Source: an uncultured Chitinophagales bacterium
GTDB lineage: Bacteria; Bacteroidota; Ignavibacteria; UBA10030; UBA6906
DNA: 64,000 nucleotides
Direction of reading: 5' to 3'
Assembly: GCA_964495695.1 (NCBI GenBank)
Contig: CAZBWR010000001.1
Span: 77,909 to 141,908 of the forward strand
The notes beneath the pieces were generated by a model. That model was not told the DNA's origin and searched no databases. It worked only from the letters and a program-made list of their open reading frames with translations. Shown piece by piece: positions 54,430-62,608 of the stretch. Numbering within the stretch: position 1 is the first letter of the stretch; the number at the start of each line of letters is the position of its first letter. A program made the position numbers and the translations under genes.

Positions 54430-57318
54430 TTACGAGGGTTTGAGCACCCGGTCGAGCGTCTTCAGGAGTTTCTCGATGGAGTAAGGTTTCGTGAGAAAGC
54501 CGTCGACTTTGATACCTTCCGTCGCATTCACGTTTCCAGCAAGCCCGCTTGCGGCAATTACTCGCACCCCGGGGTTCATTCTTCGCAACGCTCGAATAGT
54601 CGCCGCGCCGTCCATGAAGGGCATCATCATGTCGGTAAGCACCACTCTGATCTCGCCGGCGTGCTGTGCATAGAGAGCAAGGGCCTCGGTACCGTCCCCC
54701 GCCGTCAGCACACGATAGTTGTAGGATTCAAGCGTACCCCCGGTGATGTCACGAATCGACGCCTCGTCGTCAACAACGAGGATCAACTCGCCGTTGCCGG
54801 CGGGAAGTTCTTCTCGTCCTTTCTTTCCGGCCTCGCTACCATGAGGAATAGCAGGAACATACACCTGAAATGTTGTTCCTTTCCCGACTTCACTGTTCAC
54901 GGTTATAAAACCGCCGTGACTCTTGACGATCCCTGCAACGGTTGAAAGGCCAAGCCCTGTTCCTTTCCCTACTTCCTTTGTCGTAAAAAAGGGCTCGAAC
55001 ACCTTTGGCAAGTCCGATTCCTTGATCCCGGTGCCGGTATCAGAGACAGTCAGCATGACGTACTCACCCGGTTGCGCACCGGCGTGCATTCCTGCAAAAT
55101 GATTGTCGATCCGTACATTCTCGGACATGATACGTATGGTGCCTCCGTTCGGCATGGCATCACGGGCGTTGAGTGTCAGATTCAAGAGCACCTGATGCAT
55201 CTGAGTCGGATCAGCCGAGATGGCCTGTGTATTGCGAGCAACGCGACTCGCAATAGTAATGTACTTCGGGAATGTTTCCTTGACGATTTTCTCGATCTCC
55301 TTTATGAGATGCTTCGGGTCGATGGCAACCCGCCGACCCTCAACGCCGCGAGCGAACGCCAACACTTGGTTTGCCATGTCGGCTCCCCTGCGGGCGTTAG
55401 AGTGAATCATCTCTACAAGATGCTGCGTCCGCTCGTCCATCGGACGATCCTGCAACGTTTCGGCGGCAAGCATGATGGGCGTCAGTACATTATTCAGATC
55501 GTGCGCTATGCCTCCGGCAAGTGTACCGATGCTCTCCATCCGCTGCGCGCGCAAATAGTGCGCCTCAAGCTTTTTCTTTTCCGTGATATCGATATTCATC
55601 ATGAGGATCGAGCGGGAGTTCCCATGGTCATCCCTCATCATCGTCCACCGGCTCTCGACAAGCAATTCGCTCCGGTCCTTTGCAACTTGACGCAACTCTC
55701 CAACCCAATCGCCTTTATCGAGTGTGTTCTGTTGGGCAACCTGCTGGCGGGGCTCTTCGTGGAAGAGAAGGTCATACACATTCCTGCCGAGCGCCTCATG
55801 CTTTGTCCAACCGTAAAGCCGTTCCGCCGCCTGGTTCCAGTACACTATGCTGTTGTCCAGCGTACACACCAGTATTGCGTCATGAGCTTTGTCGAGGAAC
55901 ATTGCCTGTTCGCGGATTTGCGCTTCCGCACGTTTGCGCTGCAACTCCATGGCGGCGCGGGCCGCAAAGATGCTGATAATGTTCTTGGCAAATCCCTCGT
56001 CAGCTAAAGGTTGAGACCCGACAACATAGAGGTGGCCTAGCGTGCGACCGGTTGCATCAAACAACGGCGCCCCGAGATAGCACCGCGCGCCGATCGAGGG
56101 GAGAAACGTATTGCCGGGAAAATGTTCTTGAACATGATCCGGATAATAACACATGCCCTGTGATTTGAGCAACTCGCTGCACGGAGTATTCATGGTTGCA
56201 TAGACGTGCCCTTGCACCCAGCCTCCGTCTCGCCAAATGGCAAGAGGCCGCGCATGCTCGAACGACGGATCCACACACTCGGCCACGACTGCTTGCTTGA
56301 CATTCAGAGCCACGGCAAGATATTTCACCAGCGCCGGGAAGAACTCCTCTCCCGTCACTGCGGCCGTGCCGGCAACCAGGTTTTTCAAGGATTCTTCAGT
56401 CCGTTTACGCTGCAATTCGATCGCTGCACGCGCTGCGAAAATTGCCAGGATGGATCTTGCCCGATCTGCGTTCGAGAGAGGCTTATCGTCGATGATGAAT
56501 ATATGTCCGATAGTATTGCCTGCCAGGTCGAACAAGGGAGTCCCAAGATAACACACTGCCTGCATGGCAACAAGATCGGTTTCTTTGGGAAAGAGTTCCT
56601 GCACGTGATCCGGATAGTAACACATGCGCCCCTGTGTTAACACCTCCTGGCATGTCGTTCCCGCCACGTCGTACTCGATCATGGACCGCCAACTGTTATC
56701 AGCCCAATACGCGAGTGAGCGAACACGATCAACGCCCGCGGCACATTCGGAGACAAGAGCATAGCGTACGCCCAACGCCGCCGCGAGATGCTTGACGAGC
56801 TCGGGAAAAAATTCCTCGCCGGTAACTGAAGCAGTTCCTGCAACGAGATTGTGCAACGCACTCTCTTCCGCCCGTCGCTCCGTGATATCCTGAATCATGG
56901 CAAACGTGTAGGCAAATGCCCCGGTACTATCCCTCACGGCGGCGCATGATGTTTGGGCCCACATGACTGCGCCGTTCTGTTTGACATATCGCTTCTCGAT
57001 GCCAAACGCGTTGCGCTCTCCGGTGACCAACTCGGCGAATATTGTTTTGCTTTCGGCAAGATCATCGGCGTGTGTGATATCGCGGAACGTCAGAGCAGAG
57101 AGCGCTGCTTGATTGTAGCCGAGCATGCTTTCGAACATTGCATTTACGCGGAGGAAACGCCCCCCGGCATCGCAAATACATACGCCGATCGGTGCAGCTT
57201 CAAAGAGCGTACGAAACTCCGCCTCCATGGGCTCGCCAATCGCCAGCCCGGTCTGATGCTTCCCGTTGTGCATGATCTCCTCCGTTGGGTCACGTTTGGA
57301 TGGCACTGTGGTGGACAA
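54430..57318 (-). CDS. Hybrid sensor histidine kinase / response regulator (PAS-GAF-GAF-PAS-HisKA-HATPase-REC)
   Basis: TTG start at 57318 (GGAG upstream). H-box GGIAHDLNN, N/G boxes (LNARDAMPNGG, DTGTGI, GKGTGLGL) and a C-terminal receiver (LVVDDE...TDMMMPFMDG...KP). Confidence 0.9.
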   Translation of the reverse strand: MSTTVPSKRDPTEEIMHNGKHQTGLAIGEPMEAEFRTLFEAAPIGVCICDAGGRFLRVNAMFESMLGYNQAALSALTFRDITHADDLAESKTIFAELVTGERNAFGIEKRYVKQNGAVMWAQTSCAAVRDSTGAFAYTFAMIQDITERRAEESALHNLVAGTASVTGEEFFPELVKHLAAALGVRYALVSECAAGVDRVRSLAYWADNSWRSMIEYDVAGTTCQEVLTQGRMCYYPDHVQELFPKETDLVAMQAVCYLGTPLFDLAGNTIGHIFIIDDKPLSNADRARSILAIFAARAAIELQRKRTEESLKNLVAGTAAVTGEEFFPALVKYLAVALNVKQAVVAECVDPSFEHARPLAIWRDGGWVQGHVYATMNTPCSELLKSQGMCYYPDHVQEHFPGNTFLPSIGARCYLGAPLFDATGRTLGHLYVVGSQPLADEGFAKNIISIFAARAAMELQRKRAEAQIREQAMFLDKAHDAILVCTLDNSIVYWNQAAERLYGWTKHEALGRNVYDLLFHEEPRQQVAQQNTLDKGDWVGELRQVAKDRSELLVESRWTMMRDDHGNSRSILMMNIDITEKKKLEAHYLRAQRMESIGTLAGGIAHDLNNVLTPIMLAAETLQDRPMDERTQHLVEMIHSNARRGADMANQVLAFARGVEGRRVAIDPKHLIKEIEKIVKETFPKYITIASRVARNTQAISADPTQMHQVLLNLTLNARDAMPNGGTIRIMSENVRIDNHFAGMHAGAQPGEYVMLTVSDTGTGIKESDLPKVFEPFFTTKEVGKGTGLGLSTVAGIVKSHGGFITVNSEVGKGTTFQVYVPAIPHGSEAGKKGREELPAGNGELILVVDDEASIRDITGGTLESYNYRVLTAGDGTEALALYAQHAGEIRVVLTDMMMPFMDGAATIRALRRMNPGVRVIAASGLAGNVNATEGIKVDGFLTKPYSIEKLLKTLDRVLKPS

Positions 57319-57528
57319 TTGTACTCCGAAGCATTCAAATATTCAAGAGCATCATGCACGAATCCGGGTTTATTTTTCTCCTATGACAATGTGAACGAAC
57401 CGTGACAATTTTGTGATACTTTCCGGTTATTCTTTCACCCGAACAGGCGAATTTGATATTCACACGGGAGAATGCGTATGTTTCCGACAACTGCCGAAAC
57501 CCCTGTACCAACGAAAGGATACACCGCC

Positions 57529-58233
57529 ATGCAGCGCAAAGTTCTGATTGTTGAGGATGATGCAGACATTGAACAGCTCGTAACCCTCCACGTCAAAGAT
57601 CTCGGGTGCAGTGTGGATGTTGCGTCTGACGGTGAAACCGGATTAGAGAAGGCTCTCAAAAACAAGTACGATCTTATCGTTCTTGATATCATGCTGCCGG
57701 GCGTAGACGGATTGGAGATCTGCAAGGAGGTACGATCGGAAAAGAACTACACGCCCATCCTTATGCTTACATCGCGGTCGGAGGAACTCGACAAAGTTCT
57801 CGGGCTGGAGGTCGGTGCGGACGACTATCTCACAAAACCATTCAGCGTCAGGGAACTTCTCGCGCGGGTAAAGGCCATCTTCCGCAGGATTGATGCCGTC
57901 AAAGACGATCTTGGAGGAGCGGGAAAGAAGCAGATCCGGTTCGGAGATCTATTTGTCGACACGGAAAAGCGCACGGTGAAACTCCGCGGCGAAAACATCG
58001 AATTGACGGCAAAGGAATTCGATTTGCTTACTTTGTTCGCGCGCAATCCGGGCAGGGCGTATACTCGCCAGAGTCTTCTTGATACGGTCTGGGGCTATCA
58101 GTTTGACGGATACGATCACACGGTCAACTCACATATCAACAGATTGCGCTCCAAGATCGAGCCCGATCCGGCAAATCCGAAGTATATACAAACTGTCTGG
58201 GGGGTCGGATATAAATTTGCCGAAGAGGAGTGA
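57529..58233 (+). CDS. OmpR/PhoB-family response regulator (REC + winged helix)
   Basis: Start trimmed to the ATG at 57529. KVLIVEDD, DLIVLDIMLPGVDG, LTSR...GADDYLTKPF, and a C-terminal LTAKEFDLLTLFARNPGRAYTRQSLL...VWGVGYKF. Confidence 0.9.
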   Translation: MQRKVLIVEDDADIEQLVTLHVKDLGCSVDVASDGETGLEKALKNKYDLIVLDIMLPGVDGLEICKEVRSEKNYTPILMLTSRSEELDKVLGLEVGADDYLTKPFSVRELLARVKAIFRRIDAVKDDLGGAGKKQIRFGDLFVDTEKRTVKLRGENIELTAKEFDLLTLFARNPGRAYTRQSLLDTVWGYQFDGYDHTVNSHINRLRSKIEPDPANPKYIQTVWGVGYKFAEEE

Positions 58234-59708
58234 TGCCCCAGCGCTTTTTCGCCAGTCTCTACTGGAAACTCTCCGCCGTCTTCGTCTTTTTGCTCACCCT
58301 TGTCGGTTCAGTGTATGTATATCTGACCCTCTTCTCCAGCGAAATGTACTTTGCCGAAACCAACCAACGCCTCAACGCCTCTCTGGCATCCCATATCGTC
58401 GAAAACATCCAAACCTTCATCGATGGTGAGCCGAATTTCGGTGCAATGGACACCCTCTTTCACAACGTCATGGTCGTCAATCCCGCAGTCGAGGTCTACT
58501 TGCTCGACCCCGAAGGGAACATCCTGACCTTCGACGCGCCTGAAGAGCGAGTGAAGCTACGCACGGTATCTCTCCCCCCGATACAAGAGTTTATTTCTTC
58601 CGGTGGCCGAAAGTTGGTTCTTGGGGATAACCCCCGTGACATTTCCACACCAAAAGTGTTTTCTGCCGCACCTGTTAAGGTCAACGGTACAACCCACGGG
58701 TATATCTACGTAATTCTCCGTGGAGAAGAGTATGACTCTATTGCCGACAGAATCCGGGAGAGCCATTATCTTTCGCTCGGCGTCCGGGGATTGCTGGTCA
58801 GCCTGGTTGCCGCCGCTGTCATTGGACTGGCGGCACTTGCCCTAATGACGCGCAAGCTCCGCCGAATCAGCCGTTCCGTAACGGCGTTCAAGGAGGGCGC
58901 ATACTCGGAGCGTATTGCAATTACATCGCATGACGAGCTCGACAAGCTGGCTGCCGCCTTCAACGACATGGCCGAGACCCTGCAGCGGAATGTGGAGCAA
59001 TTAAGCCAGGCCGATTCGCTGCGTCGAGAGTTGATTGCCAACGTCTCGCATGATTTGCGCACGCCGCTGGCCTCCATACGGGGATATATTGAAACACTGC
59101 TGATGCGTCACGACCGTATTTCCCCCGACGAACAAGCACAGTACCTGAAAACCTTGCTCGGGAACACTGAGCGGCTGAGCCGTCTCGTGGAGGAGTTGTT
59201 CGAACTTTCGAAACTCGAAGCCCGCGAAAGCCGGCCGCGAATAGAACCGTTTGCACTGCCGGAGTTGATGAATGACCTGACGGCGAAGTTCATCCCGGAG
59301 GCGGAACACAAAGGCATAACGTTGCAGGTGGAAATAAGTCCCGGCATCCCGCTCGTCCGGGGCGACATCGGAATGATAGAACGCGTGCTGCAGAATCTCG
59401 TCGAAAATGCACTCCGTCACACGCCTAAAGGAGGCCGCGTCACTATTGCAGTCCATCGCAATAACGGCGACGTTGTAAGCAGCGTACGCGATACAGGCTC
59501 CGGGATAGCGGAACAAGACATGCCTTTCATCTTCAATCGTTTCTATCAGTCGAGGACCCGTGAACGAACGAATCGCGGAGCGGGACTCGGTCTCGCCATT
59601 ACAAAAAAGATCCTCGAAGCACACGGTGAGGACATCACAGTCTTGAGTAACGAAGGTTCCGGCACCACGTTTTCCTTCACCCTCCCTGTTGCACAAATCT
59701 CATCGTAA
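58230..59708 (+). CDS. Sensor histidine kinase (2 TM + HAMP + HisKA + HATPase_c)
   Basis: The start overlaps the regulator stop (GTGA; ATG at 58233). H-box NVSHDLRTPL, N box LVENALRHTP, G boxes DTGSGI and GAGLGLAI. Confidence 0.9.
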   Translation: MMPQRFFASLYWKLSAVFVFLLTLVGSVYVYLTLFSSEMYFAETNQRLNASLASHIVENIQTFIDGEPNFGAMDTLFHNVMVVNPAVEVYLLDPEGNILTFDAPEERVKLRTVSLPPIQEFISSGGRKLVLGDNPRDISTPKVFSAAPVKVNGTTHGYIYVILRGEEYDSIADRIRESHYLSLGVRGLLVSLVAAAVIGLAALALMTRKLRRISRSVTAFKEGAYSERIAITSHDELDKLAAAFNDMAETLQRNVEQLSQADSLRRELIANVSHDLRTPLASIRGYIETLLMRHDRISPDEQAQYLKTLLGNTERLSRLVEELFELSKLEARESRPRIEPFALPELMNDLTAKFIPEAEHKGITLQVEISPGIPLVRGDIGMIERVLQNLVENALRHTPKGGRVTIAVHRNNGDVVSSVRDTGSGIAEQDMPFIFNRFYQSRTRERTNRGAGLGLAITKKILEAHGEDITVLSNEGSGTTFSFTLPVAQISS

Positions 59709-59780
59709 TCGCAAAGAATTTCTGCAGCGGTTTAAGTATATTGATATGGAATGGATTTGTACCCTATCGGATGTATATAA

Positions 59781-61280
59781 ATGTTCCCTCGGAATATACC
59801 CCTGTTTCTGATTGCAGTCCTTCTGACAGCTTCTTCCACAGTCCTGCCGCAATCAAGTATCTATCTTGGTGATGATGAAATTCTTGCCCGCATCGGCCCG
59901 AAGACAATAACAGTACGGGACTTCACCGAACGACTCGAACTGATGCCCTGGCCGGGAATGGAACATCCCGCTACGCAAGATTCGGCCCGCGTAAAAGCTT
60001 TTCTCTCGCTCGTCGCGGAAAAACTCCTCGCGCTTCAAGCAACTGACCTGGGTATGGTCGTGAACACAGGAAATTCGAGTGTATTGCAGGCAATGGAACG
60101 GGGACTTGCGCGCGACCAGCTTTTCCGGCAGGAGATCAGGGGGAGTGTAACAATCACCCCCGATGACCTGGATACAGGGCTGAAGCGGCTTTCGCACCAG
60201 ATGAAAGTCGGCATTTTCCGGATGTACAACGAGGCATCGGCGCGCGCGCTTGCAATGGCGTTGTCAGCACAACGTGATTCTCTTCCGCCGCCAATTCCTG
60301 TGGAGGGCATTCTGGAAATTGACTCCCTCACACTCACGTTCGGTGACCTCCACCGTCAGTATGAGGATACGATTTACACGTTGAAGCTGTTTGAGGCGAA
60401 ACCGTCATACGCCCCGGGCAGGGGGTGGATGGTTTTTCACCTTCTCGATGCATCAGTCAATCCCTCCTATGTGCAATGGACTATGCAAGAGCGCATCAAC
60501 GCCGTCCGTAGGAAGGTTGAAAAAGCAAAAGAACGCGAGCAATCGTCACAATATCTACGCTCCCGGTTCAGTGAGCAAATCAGAATGGACTCGTTGGGGT
60601 TTCATCTCCTCACCGACACGCTTCTTGCGATCATGCACCGGGATCCGGCCGTCAAGCAGGAAGATGGGAATTACTCCGTCACCAGCACACATCTTGACAT
60701 GGCGAAGAAGTCACTCGAAGGACAACTCCAAAGAGTTATCATTGCTTCAGGCGGTGACGACATTTCCCTGGGAGAACTCATTGACGAACTTCGGTTTCAT
60801 CCCACGCGATTTGCGTCGCTCAATTCCGAACAGGTTGAGGAACAATTCAATGCATCGCTGCGCCAGGCGGGGCAAGCCGCTCTAGTCTCGGAGGATGCAA
60901 TAAGTAAAGGATATCACCAACATCCCGATGTACAACGGGACCTCAACGTGTGGGTCGACGCTCTCGGCGCACAAAGGCTGCTCAAGCATATTGTTGATTC
61001 TCTCGGCGAACGGCAGGCAAACTCCGCTGATTCTTTGTCGGCAAGCGCGGTCCGGGGACGGGAAACGTTCAAGGCAATCAACGAGTACATAATGGATCTA
61101 GCCAAACGATTCGGCCCGGAAGTGTACACGGAAAAGCTCCGCCGAGTAAAGGTGGGAGCCTCAAACATGGTAACGAGGCGACATTTCGGGTTCGGAGGCT
61201 CCATGACTGCCATGCCGATGTTGATGCGGTTCTGGGATTGGTACGAAGCGTGGCAGTTGGAAACTGTCGCCTCGCCTTAG
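59781..61280 (+). CDS. Hypothetical exported protein (SurA-N-like chaperone fold possible)
   Basis: Signal peptide MFPRNIPLFLIAVLLTASSTVLPQ. The protein is helical, and the N-terminal ARIGPKTITVRDF segment resembles the SurA/PpiD N-domain. No PPIase motif was seen. Confidence 0.55.
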   Translation: MFPRNIPLFLIAVLLTASSTVLPQSSIYLGDDEILARIGPKTITVRDFTERLELMPWPGMEHPATQDSARVKAFLSLVAEKLLALQATDLGMVVNTGNSSVLQAMERGLARDQLFRQEIRGSVTITPDDLDTGLKRLSHQMKVGIFRMYNEASARALAMALSAQRDSLPPPIPVEGILEIDSLTLTFGDLHRQYEDTIYTLKLFEAKPSYAPGRGWMVFHLLDASVNPSYVQWTMQERINAVRRKVEKAKEREQSSQYLRSRFSEQIRMDSLGFHLLTDTLLAIMHRDPAVKQEDGNYSVTSTHLDMAKKSLEGQLQRVIIASGGDDISLGELIDELRFHPTRFASLNSEQVEEQFNASLRQAGQAALVSEDAISKGYHQHPDVQRDLNVWVDALGAQRLLKHIVDSLGERQANSADSLSASAVRGRETFKAINEYIMDLAKRFGPEVYTEKLRRVKVGASNMVTRRHFGFGGSMTAMPMLMRFWDWYEAWQLETVASP

Positions 61281-62606
61281 CTATGCAGCCTGAGCCTCGA
61301 CGGCCGACACGTCGGCTGTGCGGAGCCGGATGCCTGCCTGCTGCAAGAGTTTATTCGGCAGTTCGCCTCCCGCAAAGATGAACACAAAGTCATTCTGAAG
61401 ATTGTGAAGGATATTCTCCTCTTGCGCAACCACAACGGCATCGGGCTTGATCTCTTTCACTTCGGAACTGAAGATTGCATTGAGCTTTCCGGATTCGATG
61501 AACTCTTTCACCTTTAGCTCATTCTTCTCTTTGAGTCGGACGAATTCCTCTTTCCGGTAGCTTATCGTCACAACATTTCCCGGCTGGCTCGCCAATCCGA
61601 TCGCCGCTTCAACTGCTGAATCTCCCCCTCCAACCACCAGCGTGTGTTTGTGCTTGTACGATTCAGCTTCTATGAGACGGTACATCACTTTCGGGAGGTT
61701 CTCTCCCTTCACGCCGAGTTTCCGTGGGCTTCCCCGGCGTCCAAGCGCAAGAATCACTGAACCCGCCCGGAATTCGTCTGATGAAGTCTTGACCAGAAAC
61801 CGGTCGTTCACCCGATGAATCGCCTCGACCTTCTGTCCCGTCATGATGTTGAGCGAGAACTTCGAAACAATTTCCTGCCAGATGGAAAGAAGCTCTTCCT
61901 TGCTGATTTCCGAGATCTTAAGCTTGCCGTAGAGTGGCAGTTCGACCGGGTTTGTCAACACAAGTTTCTGACGGGGATAATGAAGAATCGTCCCGCCAAT
62001 TTCATCCTGCTCGAGAACGACGTACCGTAAATTGTTCGATTGAGCAGTCAGGGCTGCAGTCAATCCGGCCGGTCCCGCTCCGACAATGATCAGGTCAAGC
62101 TCATCCAATGATTTCGGTGACCGTGCACCGGCAAGATGTTCGACGGCGCGCTTCCCCTGACGGACTGCGTTCTTGATCAAGCCCATCCCCCCCAACTCAC
62201 CGATGATGTAAAGCCCCCGGATGTTCGTCTGAAAATCATCGTCATAGAACGGAATCTCCATCCCTTGTCGGGGTGTGCCAAAACCAAGAGTGATTGCACC
62301 GACGGGACAGACTTCGGCACAGATGCCGTGGCCGATGCACTTCGCGCCATTGATGATTGCCGGCTTACCTTCAACTATCCCGAGTACGTGTTCAGGACAG
62401 GCACGCACGCAATTCGCACAGCCGATGCAACTTGTCAGATCGAAGTGGGGATGCAGTGTAACAGGGGGCAGAATCCCCATCTTTTGACTCTTCTCAAACT
62501 TTTCAGCGGCCTCACGACGGTGTCGTGCCGCTCGACGCCAGTACGGCAAAGCAATCACGAGAAAGAGCGCCGCAAAAATGATGAATGTGTAGAGAGTTTC
62601 TCCCAT
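61281..62606 (-). CDS. Membrane-anchored 2x[4Fe-4S] ferredoxin domain fused to an FAD/NAD(P)-dependent (thioredoxin-reductase-like) oxidoreductase
   Basis: N-terminal TM helix; CIGCANCVRACP and CIGHGICAEVCP cluster motifs; then LIIVGAGPAGLTAAL and VVGGGDSAVEAA dinucleotide motifs. GAGG RBS upstream. Confidence 0.8.
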   Translation of the reverse strand: MGETLYTFIIFAALFLVIALPYWRRAARHRREAAEKFEKSQKMGILPPVTLHPHFDLTSCIGCANCVRACPEHVLGIVEGKPAIINGAKCIGHGICAEVCPVGAITLGFGTPRQGMEIPFYDDDFQTNIRGLYIIGELGGMGLIKNAVRQGKRAVEHLAGARSPKSLDELDLIIVGAGPAGLTAALTAQSNNLRYVVLEQDEIGGTILHYPRQKLVLTNPVELPLYGKLKISEISKEELLSIWQEIVSKFSLNIMTGQKVEAIHRVNDRFLVKTSSDEFRAGSVILALGRRGSPRKLGVKGENLPKVMYRLIEAESYKHKHTLVVGGGDSAVEAAIGLASQPGNVVTISYRKEEFVRLKEKNELKVKEFIESGKLNAIFSSEVKEIKPDAVVVAQEENILHNLQNDFVFIFAGGELPNKLLQQAGIRLRTADVSAVEAQAA

Positions 62607-62608
62607 TG

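Noticed and set aside
55072-56007. 311-aa plus-strand ORF antisense to the hybrid histidine kinase. Similar antisense ORFs occur at 41929-42783 (284 aa, in ndh), 53070-53762 (230 aa, spanning egtB/egtD), 46908-47663 (251 aa), 59001-59696 (231 aa), 10605-11234 (209 aa) and 11119-11781 (220 aa).
   Set aside because: All lie antisense to genes with strong family motifs. None has recognisable domains, a convincing RBS or independent intergenic space.
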